64,000 bases of DNA from an archaeon (GCA_029258795.1 JAPDKB010000009.1:40677-104676), one strand, 5' to 3'. Positions 9,492-19,552 are shown, numbered from the stretch's first letter. The notes: generated from the sequence alone by a model not told the origin. Translations and numbers: made by a program.

Positions 9492-9875
9492 TCAGTAAAC
9501 ATAAGCAAGCAAAGCCCCACCCTTTCTTCCCTTAACTTTCGTGTGTGCGACCACACCTTCGTCGGTGGTGATTATGAGCAATCCGACTCCTGCTGCAGGC
9601 AAATACTGCTTCTCCCACTCATCAAACTCATCCTTTTTAACATAAAATCTTGGCCTTATGGCGTTGCAGTTATTGATTCTGCCTTTAAGTTCTATTCTGA
9701 ATTTTCCGCCCTTACCATCATCGATGTACTCGAAGTTTCCTATGTATCCGTACTCCTGCATAACCTTGAGCACATCCCTGACTAACCTTGAGGCGGGAAC
9801 AACACACTCCTTCTTTCCAACCTTCTCAGCGTTCTTGATGATTGACATGACATCTGACAGCAAATCGTGCCTCAT
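9492..9875 (-). CDS. rps8: 30S ribosomal protein S8
   Basis: IKNAEKVGK, YIDDGKGG, YLPA, GGALLAYVY. Confidence 0.96.
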   Translation of the reverse strand: MRHDLLSDVMSIIKNAEKVGKKECVVPASRLVRDVLKVMQEYGYIGNFEYIDDGKGGKFRIELKGRINNCNAIRPRFYVKKDEFDEWEKQYLPAAGVGLLIITTDEGVVAHTKVKGRKGGALLAYVY

Positions 9876-9886
9876 GATTCACACCT

Positions 9887-10123
9887 TTATTCCAGCTTTT
9901 TCCACCCCATCTCTTTGGCTACCTCCCTGAAGCATCTTCTGCAGATGTTGAGATCATATTTCCTTATCAAGCTCCTGCCCATGTTGCCGCATCTTATGCA
10001 TCTAACCTTTCCATATCCGGTCGTTCTCTCCTTCCTTGTATTGTGTTTTAACACCTTCTTCATCTTTCCCGGCTTGTTCTGGTATATTTTCAGGGATTTT
10101 CTGAAGTCACCCATAACCATCAC
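9887..10123 (-). CDS. rps14: 30S ribosomal protein S14 (Zn-binding, N-terminal extension)
   Basis: CIRCG...IRKYDLNICRRCFRE. Confidence 0.93.
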   Translation of the reverse strand: MMVMGDFRKSLKIYQNKPGKMKKVLKHNTRKERTTGYGKVRCIRCGNMGRSLIRKYDLNICRRCFREVAKEMGWKKLE

Positions 10124-10677
10124 CCTTCCACAACCTCAACACCAAATTTCTCTTTCATGAATTGGATTGCCTCTTCTCTTTTTATTCTGTGGCTCCTGCC
10201 CACCTTCGTTTTTCTTAGCTTCCTTCTTTTGACCCTAAAACCGGGTCTTTCCAGTTGAATTGCCACATCCATACCAAAAATACCAATGCTGGGATCATAT
10301 TTTATGCCGGGAATGTCCAGATATTCCTTTATTCCAAAATTGACGTTACCTTCATTATCAAAACAGCTCATTCTTAACTTCTTATCCACTGCCTGCAACA
10401 GCTTCTCGGCAAGCTCTTCAGCATCCTTGCCACGCAGAGTAACTTTAACACCGATCGGCAATCCTCGCCTTATACCAAAAGTTCTGGCCTTTCGTGTGGC
10501 TTTCGTCTTCACCGGCTTTTTACCTGTGAGCTTTTCAAGCAATCTGTATGCTTTTTCCACTTCAGCAACAGGATCCTTCGTGCCTATATTCAGGACTAGC
10601 TTACCTATTCTTATTTCCCTCATGGGATTTGTCTTCGCTTCCTTACCTTTCTGAGCTTGAGTTGTGTTCTCGGCCAT
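10120..10677 (-). CDS. rpl5: 50S ribosomal protein L5
   Basis: NPMREIRI, FGIRRGLPIGVKVTLR, YDPSIGIFGMD. Confidence 0.96.
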   Translation of the reverse strand: MAENTTQAQKGKEAKTNPMREIRIGKLVLNIGTKDPVAEVEKAYRLLEKLTGKKPVKTKATRKARTFGIRRGLPIGVKVTLRGKDAEELAEKLLQAVDKKLRMSCFDNEGNVNFGIKEYLDIPGIKYDPSIGIFGMDVAIQLERPGFRVKRRKLRKTKVGRSHRIKREEAIQFMKEKFGVEVVEG

Positions 10678-10702
10678 CCACACTCACCATCAAAAAGCAT
10701 GA

Positions 10703-11425
10703 CTAATGTACGGTTATTTCGGGCGCGTCATCGCCCACCACAAAAACATAATCAGCAAGCGTAGTAACTTTCTTATCACCTACCTTCAGAGTTATTCTGT
10801 TGGGGTCAAAACCCTTTATTATCTCAATCTGCTCCACCTTACCGAGTTCGCCAGCCAACTTACCTCTGTAAATCTGTGCAACCTTTCCAACTTCCATCTT
10901 TATGTGCTTGAGGATCTTCTGATCAGGCAAGCTTATGAGCAGGGAGTCCATGGTTTTGTAAACATCCTCCTTCGGATTGCAGGGATCCTTAACCTTGATA
11001 AGTATGTTCCTGCCATCGTGAAGGTTGAGCTGGATGTGACCGCCCTTAACCACGGTCTTGTTCATTATCCTGCAGAGCTTCATGTTCGCTTCCTTTTCCG
11101 GGATTTCGACCAGCACAAACCTCTCCTTCTTTGGAACGACTCTGTAGTGCTTGCCAGCATCAGGTAGGGATATGACATCCATCACTCCGACTCCAAAGCG
11201 GTCATCCTTGCGCACAACACCATCCACAACAACCTTTCCGGCAGCCACAATTTTCTTGGCTTCTCTTGCGTTTCTTGCGTAACCGAGCATGTCTCGCAAC
11301 ACTATTCTTAAAGGTATTGCTCTATCATGCGGATGTCCGCCCCCCTTCACAACAGGAGCAAATTTGCTAACCTTGACTGGTATGCTGTAAACCTTTGGTG
11401 CAGCATATCTTTTTAGATGTGCCAT
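10703..11425 (-). CDS. rps4e: 30S ribosomal protein S4e
   Basis: HLKRYAAP, LRDMLGYA, QLNLHDGRN. Confidence 0.96.
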   Translation of the reverse strand: MAHLKRYAAPKVYSIPVKVSKFAPVVKGGGHPHDRAIPLRIVLRDMLGYARNAREAKKIVAAGKVVVDGVVRKDDRFGVGVMDVISLPDAGKHYRVVPKKERFVLVEIPEKEANMKLCRIMNKTVVKGGHIQLNLHDGRNILIKVKDPCNPKEDVYKTMDSLLISLPDQKILKHIKMEVGKVAQIYRGKLAGELGKVEQIEIIKGFDPNRITLKVGDKKVTTLADYVFVVGDDAPEITVH

Positions 11426-11844
11426 CAGCTGCTCACCTCTTCTTTAGCAGATTCACCACTTTTTCTTGCAATCTTTTTAATTCTTTTCTCATCTTCCGTG
11501 TTCAACTCCACGATCTGAAGGTTGGATGGGTGGAGGGGTACAAGCACCTCACTACCATCCGTCTTCTTCCTCTTGACATTTTCAACATAAACGCGTCCTT
11601 TCTTTAGATTAACTCTTGTAACCTTACCCTCAACACCCTTAAATGAACCCCTCAACACCCGTACGACATCTCCTGTTCTTACAACAACATTTCTCCTTCC
11701 GTATTTCTTTCGTAGCTCTTTTGAGAGGTTGACTGAGAGGAATTTCCTCCTTATGTGGAGAGGAGCATTAGCTATGTATTTCCTCTGTTTTCTCGGGCTT
11801 TTGCTGCGCACCCAGTTCCTTGAAAACTTGACCTTCATAACCAT
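11425..11844 (-). CDS. rpl24: 50S ribosomal protein L24
   Basis: PRKQRK...[18 protein letters not shown]. Confidence 0.96.
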   Translation of the reverse strand: MVMKVKFSRNWVRSKSPRKQRKYIANAPLHIRRKFLSVNLSKELRKKYGRRNVVVRTGDVVRVLRGSFKGVEGKVTRVNLKKGRVYVENVKRKKTDGSEVLVPLHPSNLQIVELNTEDEKRIKKIARKSGESAKEEVSS

Positions 11845-11852
11845 TCACCCCT

Positions 11853-12260
11853 TCACATCACTATGCTTGCTATTTTACCCACAGCCGGAAACCTTTCCAC
11901 CGCCTCTTTTGCTACAACACCCTTTATTTCCCTTCCTCTTGGCTCCATCCTTTCATTTATGAGCACCGCAGCATTATCCTCAAAACAGACAAACATACCG
12001 TTTCTTCTCCTGTATTTTCTTCTCTGCCTGACCACCACCGCATGCACAACTTCATTCCTTATCTTTTCATTACCCTTTATAACGGTGCAGATCACAACAT
12101 CTCCCACTCCTGCTCTTGCAATCCTCCTTCTCGTGCCTTTGTAACCCTTGACACCTATCACTTTGAGTAGCTTAGCTCCAGTATTATCTATACATTTCAG
12201 TACTGTACCTATCTGCACGGCTTTTATCGGTTTGACGCTTATGGCTTTCATATGCGGCAC
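11853..12260 (-). CDS. rpl14: 50S ribosomal protein L14
   Basis: DNTGAK, AVVVRQR, FEDNAAV. Confidence 0.96.
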   Translation of the reverse strand: MPHMKAISVKPIKAVQIGTVLKCIDNTGAKLLKVIGVKGYKGTRRRIARAGVGDVVICTVIKGNEKIRNEVVHAVVVRQRRKYRRRNGMFVCFEDNAAVLINERMEPRGREIKGVVAKEAVERFPAVGKIASIVM

Positions 12261-12263
12261 CCG

Positions 12264-12680
12264 TTACGCTTCTTTCACCACTTCTATCACAACAAAGCTC
12301 TTGGTTTTGCTTAGCGGCTTACACTCCGCAATTCTAACGATATCTCCTTCTTTAGCGTTTATGCATGGCGGGTTGTGTGCAGCCACTTTCGTTCTGCAGC
12401 GCATGTATCTCTTCAGCTTTTTGATTTTTCTCAAGTATTCCCAACCAACAACAACTGTCTTATCCATTTTGGCTGAAAGCACCACACCCTGAAAAATCTT
12501 ACCCCTTATCTTGAGGTGACCATGATAAGGACATTTTTCATCATTACAAACCTTCTTTGGCGGGTTTTTAACCTCAATACCTATATCCCTTATTTTTATT
12601 TTCACTTCTTTTTTCTTCTCAGCAGTCTTCTTACCACTACTTTCGCTCTTCTTTCCTTTTTGGGCTGTTTTCTCAGCCAT
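12264..12680 (-). CDS. rps17: 30S ribosomal protein S17 with Lys-rich N-terminal extension
   Basis: CNDEKCPYHG, AHNPPC, ECKPLSKTKSF. Confidence 0.96.
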   Translation of the reverse strand: MAEKTAQKGKKSESSGKKTAEKKKEVKIKIRDIGIEVKNPPKKVCNDEKCPYHGHLKIRGKIFQGVVLSAKMDKTVVVGWEYLRKIKKLKRYMRCRTKVAAHNPPCINAKEGDIVRIAECKPLSKTKSFVVIEVVKEA

Positions 12681-12978
12681 TCAATCCACCCCATATTTTT
12701 CGTGGAAACCTTTTCTTTATCCTATCTTCGGGCCTGCCCTGAATCACCTTACCATCCACTTCCACCACGCTCCCATCCGGAAGCGTGAAGTGGAACACAC
12801 AGTTCTTCTTTTCAACCCTGATCTCCCTGCCATCTCGCTTTCTTATCACAAGCGTGTTTTTCGTTTCATTTATGACTTGCCCTTCAACCCCCACAAGCGT
12901 GGGGTCACTGCTTTTTACTATTTTAACATCGAGGCCTATGAGCTCATGCCTGACGAGGTTCTCTGGCTTTATTGGCAT
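12673..12978 (-). CDS. rnp1: RNase P protein component 1 (Rpp29)
   Basis: RHELIGL, GQVINETKN, RPEDRIK. Confidence 0.93.
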   Translation of the reverse strand: MPIKPENLVRHELIGLDVKIVKSSDPTLVGVEGQVINETKNTLVIRKRDGREIRVEKKNCVFHFTLPDGSVVEVDGKVIQGRPEDRIKKRFPRKIWGGLNG

Positions 12979-12982
12979 CGGC

Positions 12983-13288
12983 TCACTCCACTATCGAGCT
13001 TTCCGGAAAGCCCTCCTCGATGAGCATCTTTTTGACCTTCAGGCGATGATCTCCCTGCAGTTCTATCTTACCGTCCTTGTAGGTACCACCACATGCAAGT
13101 TTTTTCTTGAACTTCTTGAGCAGTGATTTGATGTCTATGCTCTTTTCATCAAGCCCTTCTATAATCGTTATGGTTTTGCCGAATTTCCTCTTTTCCACAT
13201 AAATTTTAATTTTCTGCTTTTCCCTCGCTATGGTTTCGCAGATGCACAGGTCTTTTGGAAGACCACAAACATTACATATCTCCGTCAT
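12983..13288 (-). CDS. sui1: translation initiation factor SUI1/aIF1
   Basis: [25 protein letters not shown]. Confidence 0.95.
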   Translation of the reverse strand: MTEICNVCGLPKDLCICETIAREKQKIKIYVEKRKFGKTITIIEGLDEKSIDIKSLLKKFKKKLACGGTYKDGKIELQGDHRLKVKKMLIEEGFPESSIVE

Positions 13289-13503
13289 TTCTTACTAAGC
13301 ACCTCTTTTTCCCTTTTTATGGTCAATATCCTTGCTATAGTTCTTTTTATCTCTCTGACCTTACCTGGATTGTCCGGCACGCCTCCCACCTTTGCCTTTG
13401 CTCTTTCTTTCATCAGCTCCATTCTCAAATCTGCGAGTTTCTTCTCAAGTTCTTCGTCACTCATGTCTCTTATCTGTGTTGCCTTGAGTATTGCCATGAT
13501 CAT
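13285..13503 (-). CDS. rpl29: 50S ribosomal protein L29
   Basis: [17 protein letters not shown]. Confidence 0.95.
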   Translation of the reverse strand: MIMAILKATQIRDMSDEELEKKLADLRMELMKERAKAKVGGVPDNPGKVREIKRTIARILTIKREKEVLSKK

Positions 13504-14390
13504 TCACCACTTTTCTTTTCCTCATTTTTCTTCACAGAGCCCGAAGCATCAGCATCGGATTTCTTTCCCTTATCCATACCTTCCTTTTTCTTGACCTCTT
13601 TCTTCCTCTCATCACCCTTCTTCTCAGCCGTCTTCTTTTCCGCTTTTTTTGCCTTCTCCTTTACAGCGTTCTTCTCATCACTCCCTTCCTTTGTTTCCTC
13701 AACCTTTTCCTCCTCCTTCTCAGCTTCCTCCTCTTCCTTATCCTCTTCTTTCTTTACCGCGAACTTCTTAATGATGTCCTCACTTATTTCTACTTCTCCC
13801 CGCGCAACTCTCTTTTCAAGTTCCATCTCAGGAGGCATAAAAGGCATTATTTCGACCTTTACTCCGATAACTCCCGGCTTGAGCACGGCTTGTTCCTTCG
13901 CAACATCCACGTATTCCTGAGCTGGATGTCCGCATTTCATGACATAACCAGCAACATACTTTTCTGTTCTGTGTCTCTCTCCCGTGAGCTTCCCGCTTAC
14001 ATCTATTTCAACACCAACCGCTCCAGCTTCCATGATCCTGTTGAGATACATGGTGACTACGCGCTTATAGTGCAAGCCCCTTTCAAGAGCGAATTTTATG
14101 CGTTTGGCAACCACCTTTGCATCAAGATAAGGATTATCAACACCTTTAACCTCTATCTGCGGGTTCTCTATGCCAAACTCCTCCTTCATTTTTTCCTGAA
14201 TCTTGGCTATTCTTTCTCCACCCCTACCTATGACAAGTGCGGGTCTTCCAGCATATATAACTATTCTGGTTGCCAGAGGAGTCCTCTTAATCTCACACCG
14301 GCTGTACTCCGCTCTATCCAGCTCTTTATCCAAAAATTCAGCTATCTTCATGTTCACTATTCCTTCCTGAACGAACTTTCTCTCTATCAT
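13500..14390 (-). CDS. rps3: 30S ribosomal protein S3 with ~90-aa charged C-terminal extension
   Basis: [30 protein letters not shown] followed by a charged tail. Confidence 0.96.
   Translation of the reverse strand: MIERKFVQEGIVNMKIAEFLDKELDRAEYSRCEIKRTPLATRIVIYAGRPALVIGRGGERIAKIQEKMKEEFGIENPQIEVKGVDNPYLDAKVVAKRIKFALERGLHYKRVVTMYLNRIMEAGAVGVEIDVSGKLTGERHRTEKYVAGYVMKCGHPAQEYVDVAKEQAVLKPGVIGVKVEIMPFMPPEMELEKRVARGEVEISEDIIKKFAVKKEEDKEEEEAEKEEEKVEETKEGSDEKNAVKEKAKKAEKKTAEKKGDERKKEVKKKEGMDKGKKSDADASGSVKKNEEKKSGE
13581..13676. repeat. 96-nt direct repeat, copy 2 (S3 tail)
   Basis: 92/96 identical to 8307-8402. Confidence 0.95.
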
Positions 14391-14397
14391 CCTTCCT

Positions 14398-14829
14398 TCA
14401 CCTTTGCTCCAAAACTACTGAGATGTGCACGCTCTTTCTTTTCTGCCCTCTGAGGGGTGAGCGCCTTGGCCTGTAAAATGTGGGGGCTTTCATCACCAAA
14501 AATGATTTGATGAAGAGCTTTGAAACATCAAGTCCCTGATTCTCAGCGTTTTTCACAGCACTGTTGATGAGATCAAGTATTTCCTTTGCAGCGTTAACTG
14601 GATACCTTCCAGCCCCGATACCTGGCTTGTGAGCCACATCTCTGTTGAACCTGCCGAATGGCACAGCTCTCTTCATCTCAATGACATCCTGAAGGAAGCG
14701 CCTTGCTTTCTCAACGTTCATTCCCTTTATAGCTTTTCCTATTTCCACAGAGGCTTTCCATGAAATCCTTACATACCTTTTGCATGCTCTTGCCATTCTT
14801 GAAGGATCGTAATCCTGCACGTTATACAT
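14398..14829 (-). CDS. rpl22: 50S ribosomal protein L22
   Basis: ISWKASVEI, GRYPVNAA, NAENQGLD. Confidence 0.95.
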   Translation of the reverse strand: MYNVQDYDPSRMARACKRYVRISWKASVEIGKAIKGMNVEKARRFLQDVIEMKRAVPFGRFNRDVAHKPGIGAGRYPVNAAKEILDLINSAVKNAENQGLDVSKLFIKSFLVMKAPTFYRPRRSPLRGQKRKSVHISVVLEQR

Positions 14830-14841
14830 CTCGGCTCACCT

Positions 14842-15231
14842 TCACTTCCTACCTACGTGCTTTGTTGATTTGGATGCACCTATACCTGGACCGCTGTGCT
14901 GCACGGGCTTTCTGGTTAGAGCAAATTCTCCCAACCTGTGCCCTATCATTTCAGCGGTTATGGTGACGGGCACAAACTCTTTACCATTGTGGACGCCTAT
15001 AGTGCGCCCCACCATTTCGGGCAGGATGATCATGTCTCTGCAGTGAGTTTTTATGAACTTGTCCTTGGAGGTTTTCCTTATTTTTTGAAGCAGCTTCTTC
15101 TCAGCTTCAGTGAGCCCTCTCTTCAAGTGTCTCCTAGCCCTTGCTGTCAGTAATTCAGCTAACTCTTCCAAGCTCATCTTCTGCAATTCTTCAAGCGTGT
15201 AACCTCTGAACCTGAACTCCTTTCGAGCCAT
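14842..15231 (-). CDS. rps19: 30S ribosomal protein S19
   Basis: [27 protein letters not shown]. Confidence 0.96.
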   Translation of the reverse strand: MARKEFRFRGYTLEELQKMSLEELAELLTARARRHLKRGLTEAEKKLLQKIRKTSKDKFIKTHCRDMIILPEMVGRTIGVHNGKEFVPVTITAEMIGHRLGEFALTRKPVQHSGPGIGASKSTKHVGRK

Positions 15232-15238
15232 TTACCAT

Positions 15239-15952
15239 TCACCTCTTCCTTCTACCGGTTCTTCTCGCGGCTATGCTACCCACCTTTCTGCCGGGCGGTG
15301 CACGCCTGCTAACAGTTTTGGGCACACCAAAGCTCTTACCACCGAACTTGTGATCACATGCGTTCATGGCTTTAGCCCTCGTTCTCGGGTACTTCTTACC
15401 TCTCGCATGCATCGCGTGCCACTTATTGCCAGCTTTCACAAATGGCTTTTTCGGCCTCTCTCCACCTGCAACTATACCTATTGTGGCTCTGCAGTTCGGA
15501 TTGAGCCCCTTGGTTTTTCTTGATGGGAATTGCACTGTGACTTTATCAACATCTCTTGAAAGGACTATGGCATAACCACCGCTTGCCCTCACGAGCTTTC
15601 CACCATCGCCAGGAACAACCTCTATGTTAAACACGGGTGTACCTTCAGGTATGTCTTTAAGGGGCAGCACATTCCCTATCTTTAGCTGTGCTCCCTCTCC
15701 AACTTCCACAACGTCTCCCGTCTTCACACCTTCACTTGCAATGAAATACCATTTCTCACTCGTGCCATCGAATTTAACGAGTGCAAGAGGAGCTGTTCTG
15801 CCTGGATCATCCACTATATCTATTATCTTACCTTTAAGGTTGCCCTTCTGAAGGGGAGGATATTTAACATCAGCAACGTAGTTGAAGCTTGGCACTAAGT
15901 AGGTTTTGGATACGCCCCTTCCACGGCGCTGAGCGATTATTCTTGTACCCAT
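15239..15952 (-). CDS. rpl2: 50S ribosomal protein L2
   Basis: QRRGRG, DPGRTAP, PGDGGKLVRASG, PPGRKVGSIAARRTG. Confidence 0.96.
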   Translation of the reverse strand: MGTRIIAQRRGRGVSKTYLVPSFNYVADVKYPPLQKGNLKGKIIDIVDDPGRTAPLALVKFDGTSEKWYFIASEGVKTGDVVEVGEGAQLKIGNVLPLKDIPEGTPVFNIEVVPGDGGKLVRASGGYAIVLSRDVDKVTVQFPSRKTKGLNPNCRATIGIVAGGERPKKPFVKAGNKWHAMHARGKKYPRTRAKAMNACDHKFGGKSFGVPKTVSRRAPPGRKVGSIAARRTGRRKR

Positions 15953-15967
15953 ACATCACCACCATCA

Positions 15968-16246
15968 TCAGATTATGCCTAATTTAGCAGCTATGTCTGT
16001 AGCATTGTAATCCTTGCTTACGGCTATGTATGCCTTCTTCCTGCCCTTCGCATCTATCAACGTTCTAACCTTTCTGACCTTAACCTTAAACATGTTTTCA
16101 AAAGCTTTCTTTATCTTTTCCTTGTTAGCTCTTCTATCCACTATAAATGTTATGGTGTTCTCCCTCTCTATGAGAGAGATTGCCTTTTCTGTAAGCACGG
16201 GATAAAGCAACACTTCAAATGGGTCGTTAACCTTAACTTCAGCCAT
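15968..16246 (-). CDS. rpl23: 50S ribosomal protein L23
   Basis: PVLTEKA, GRKKAYI, DIAAKLG. Confidence 0.95.
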   Translation of the reverse strand: MAEVKVNDPFEVLLYPVLTEKAISLIERENTITFIVDRRANKEKIKKAFENMFKVKVRKVRTLIDAKGRKKAYIAVSKDYNATDIAAKLGII

Positions 16247-16247
16247 T

Positions 16248-17075
16248 TCAGCTCACCGCGAAAAGCTTTTTCTCCTCCAGCTCTTTTATGGCATTCTCAC
16301 TCCAGATGCTCAACCTTCCTGCATGACCACCCGGAGCCAGCATCTCCACGTTGAGATCCTTCACAAGGCAGACATCAACACCGGGTATGTTTCTTGCTGC
16401 CTTGAATATTCCATCATCCTTACTCACCACTATGAGGGGGCCTTTCCTCTTCTTGTATCTCCTTCCTCTCATCTTACCCTTTCCGGCCCTGTATCTTTTC
16501 TCGCGCACCCTTTCCAGCTCTTCCTCCAGACCCAGCTTTTTGAGCAGGTTTTCAAGCTCTTTTGTCTTCTTCACACTTTCAAGCTCGCTAACAACGACTA
16601 TTGGTAGCTTTTCAACTTTATCCGCTCTGTGTCCTCTCTTAAGCACGAGGGTTTTCCTTGCAAGAGCGGCTATGGCAGCAAGTATAGCTTTCCTCCTCTC
16701 CTTCTTGTTTATCTTCTGCTCCCACTTCTTCTCAGCTTTTGGTGGATGAGCTTTCCTACCCTTGACAGCATGTGGCACAAACCTCACAACTCCGGTCATG
16801 TGGCCTGAACCAACTCTTATGCGTGGCAGCCTCGCTATACCTCTGTTTATCCAGGCCCCGTAAGCGCCTCTTCTTCCTCTGTAATCAGCACTAGTTCTCT
16901 TTCCTGCCAGAGGATCAGCTCCATAGGGCTGCCTCCTGTGGCTCATGATGGCAAGGAAAGCTCTGATTATGAGATCATGCCTTACCTCCTCGCTGAAGTG
17001 CTCGGGGAGAGTGATCTCGCCCTTCTTGCTTCCGTCCAGACCATAAACAGGAACTTTCAACTCAGCCATAGCCAT
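16248..17075 (-). CDS. rpl4: 50S ribosomal protein L4
   Basis: GRKAHPPK, RAGKGKMRGRR, RNIPGVD, LAPGGHAGRL. Confidence 0.96.
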   Translation of the reverse strand: MAMAELKVPVYGLDGSKKGEITLPEHFSEEVRHDLIIRAFLAIMSHRRQPYGADPLAGKRTSADYRGRRGAYGAWINRGIARLPRIRVGSGHMTGVVRFVPHAVKGRKAHPPKAEKKWEQKINKKERRKAILAAIAALARKTLVLKRGHRADKVEKLPIVVVSELESVKKTKELENLLKKLGLEEELERVREKRYRAGKGKMRGRRYKKRKGPLIVVSKDDGIFKAARNIPGVDVCLVKDLNVEMLAPGGHAGRLSIWSENAIKELEEKKLFAVS

Positions 17076-17076
17076 T

Positions 17077-18090
17077 TCACCATATCAGCTGCTTGATCTC
17101 GGGAGGTTCTGTTGGGGGCTCATGAGACCTTATAGCATATCTTATCCTCACCAATCTCTTTGATGGCCCAGGAACAGAACCATGGATAATTATATAATCT
17201 GATTTCACAACACCATAGTGTTTCCAGCCACCGGGTCTTGCAACACGGGAAGCGTCATTTCCAACCTCCATAATCCACTTGTTGTACTCGGTCCTTGTGT
17301 GATACCCCATCTGACCCATCTGAGGAACGGTCCACATAGTTCTTGCAGGGTGCCATGGACCGAGAGTTCCAGCTTTTCTCCTTACCTTCCTTGCCTTGTG
17401 GTGCAGAAGCTTCACACCAAATCTCTTTACGGAGCCCTGGAATCCCTTACCCTTGGTAACGGCCGTGACATCAACAAAAACACCGGGAGAAAAGACATCG
17501 GAAATGCGAAGTTCCTTGCCGAGAAGGGAGGAAACCTCATCGAGAACAGCAGAAAGGGAATCAGAAGCAGAATCGGAAGAAGCGTCGTTTACCCAGTTTG
17601 TGGGGAAATAGTGAATCTCAAAGATCTCAGGTGTCTTCTTTCCTATTCCTGCAAGCTTCGGCTGCGTTGCAACAATCAGCTTAACCTTATCAAAACCATT
17701 TTTGACCTTATCAAGCACAGCATTTTTATCCTTGTTCGGCTTTATTCCGGTTATTTTTCGTGCAACCTCCTTGTCTATCTTCTCACTCCACAGTTCTGTT
17801 ATTGCTTCGTATCCATATGGTGTCTTTTTATAGAAGCGAGCAGCAAGAACCTTGAGAGGTGGTGTTTCTATCAGGGTTGCGGGCTCCACAATTTCCTTGT
17901 TCTTGAACATACCCTCCCTTTTTTCTATGTAATCAACCTGAAGCATCCCTACTTTGTATCCGGCAAATTCCACCACATTCTTGCCATCAACAGCAGGAAC
18001 ATGCCTGACTCTAGCATAAATGCGCTTAGCCCTAACTCTGGGGGAAAACTGCAATGATCCTCTCCTCGGGTGGTAATAGCTCATTTCCAC
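17077..18090 (-). CDS. rpl3: 50S ribosomal protein L3
   Basis: PRRGSLQFSPR, AGYKVGM, TKGKGFQG, GQMGYHTRTEYNK. Confidence 0.97.
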   Translation of the reverse strand: MEMSYYHPRRGSLQFSPRVRAKRIYARVRHVPAVDGKNVVEFAGYKVGMLQVDYIEKREGMFKNKEIVEPATLIETPPLKVLAARFYKKTPYGYEAITELWSEKIDKEVARKITGIKPNKDKNAVLDKVKNGFDKVKLIVATQPKLAGIGKKTPEIFEIHYFPTNWVNDASSDSASDSLSAVLDEVSSLLGKELRISDVFSPGVFVDVTAVTKGKGFQGSVKRFGVKLLHHKARKVRRKAGTLGPWHPARTMWTVPQMGQMGYHTRTEYNKWIMEVGNDASRVARPGGWKHYGVVKSDYIIIHGSVPGPSKRLVRIRYAIRSHEPPTEPPEIKQLIW

Positions 18091-18327
18091 ACACCACGCA
18101 GCATATTCATGGCTCGTAGCTTGTGTTCACAAGATTTGTAATCATGAAAATGATAACATTTAAATATTTTGGTGATATCTGGCTGGAGGCAACAACCTAT
18201 ACATACCCTCATACAAAAAAAGCGACAGCTTTTAATCAAACACCAAAATTTTTAAACGTTGTTATTCTCGCCTTCACGACTTTAAAGAAAAAATATTTTT
18301 AAAGTAGCGTCGGCAATAAAATACCCA

Positions 18328-18927
18328 ATGACTGAAAAACTCAGCGAAAAGGTGAAGAAATTCCTTGTAGTGAAAAAGAAAGTAAAACTGGAGGAAATAT
18401 CCAGCTATAAAACTCAGATTCTCATAATAGGGTCAACGATTTCCTTCCTTCTCGGAGGTTTTGACCTCTTACTTCCTTTTCTTCTTGCATGGTTTTCATA
18501 CTTTATATTTGAGAGTTACGCATGGGAATTTGGTTTGGATAATCTTGGGGTGGAGCTCATAACACTGGCATGTGTGCTCGTGGGGATGAAATTCGAACCA
18601 GCATTTTCCTTCATTTACGCGTATGTTACAATAGGCACAATGTCATCCATAGCAAAGTTTGTTGATCCCGACTCCGATGAGATATCAAATCCATTCGGAA
18701 GCTATGCTTTTGGGTATGGTGTTGCTGCGCTTTCAGCATCTTATCTAGCAGGCAACCTACCTTTCCCAGAACTTCTGGTTGCTTCTGCCATACTTGCCAA
18801 TCTCGCGAGATTTGCTTTTGACCTCTTGGTTTACAGAAGTATTGATGATATTATATGGAGGGTGGGTAATATTTTCTTTAACTGCATTATTGCAATGTTC
18901 TTTTCATTTCTCAGCATGGTTATCTAG
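18328..18927 (+). CDS. multi-pass membrane protein of unknown function
   Basis: About 5-6 hydrophobic segments. Confidence 0.7.
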   Translation: MTEKLSEKVKKFLVVKKKVKLEEISSYKTQILIIGSTISFLLGGFDLLLPFLLAWFSYFIFESYAWEFGLDNLGVELITLACVLVGMKFEPAFSFIYAYVTIGTMSSIAKFVDPDSDEISNPFGSYAFGYGVAALSASYLAGNLPFPELLVASAILANLARFAFDLLVYRSIDDIIWRVGNIFFNCIIAMFFSFLSMVI

Positions 18928-19404
18928 GGTTTTTCGCAATCTTGTGTAGATGGGCGTGTATTTTCGTTTCTCGTAAAATCTGATCGAGTTGTGATTTCCA
19001 ACGTAAGCGTCAAGCTCAACAATTTTGATGTCCATCTCATGCGCTTTCTTCTCGGCTGCTGAAAGCAATGCACTCCCCACCCCTTTGGAACGCCACTCTT
19101 CAACCACATAGATATTATCTACATACAACACCTTTTCCCGCCTATAGATTCCAGCATAAGTTATGACTCTCCCGCTCACCACACCGATAATCTTCCCATC
19201 CTCACTCTCAGCCACGAGCAACAATTTCGTACCCTTTTTCATACCTCTAATACAAGAGTTAACGTAGTTCTTCAGGCTACCCTCACAATCATCTCCACTT
19301 TTGAGAAGGGGATCGTAATACCTCTCCTCTTCCTGCATCAGCTTGAAAAGTCGCAGTATATGGTCCGAGTCATCATCTTCGGCTTCCCTTATTTCCGCAT
19401 GCAT
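18904..19404 (-). CDS. GNAT family N-acetyltransferase
   Basis: IYVVEEWRSKGVGSALL (motif A) and N..SIRFYEK. Confidence 0.88.
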   Translation of the reverse strand: MHAEIREAEDDDSDHILRLFKLMQEEERYYDPLLKSGDDCEGSLKNYVNSCIRGMKKGTKLLLVAESEDGKIIGVVSGRVITYAGIYRREKVLYVDNIYVVEEWRSKGVGSALLSAAEKKAHEMDIKIVELDAYVGNHNSIRFYEKRKYTPIYTRLRKTLDNHAEK

Positions 19405-19434
19405 GAAGGGATCACACCATCAAACAAAAATCTA

Positions 19435-19552
19435 TGGGCCGGCCAGGATTTTCAGCTGCGGAGTTCCAGCATATTCAGCTTTGCTCCGCAGCAATCGAAC
19501 CTGGGACCTCTCCCGCGTCAGGGGAGCGTCATAACCCCTAGACCACCGGCCC
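19435..19552 (-). tRNA. tRNA-Val(GAC), no encoded CCA, 45-nt intron at T-loop position 59/60 (19449-19493)
   Basis: GGGCCGG/CCGGCCC acceptor stem, anticodon arm CTCCC-CTGACGC-GGGAG. BHB is UUCG/UGAA with bulges AU|U and AA|U; intron stem GCTGCGGAG/CTCCGCAGC. Confidence 0.93.

Noticed and set aside
1581-18057. Many + strand ORFs (F/S/L-rich, up to 279 aa) opposite the ribosomal cluster
   Set aside because: Antisense shadows of purine-rich K/E codons, with no motifs or RBS.
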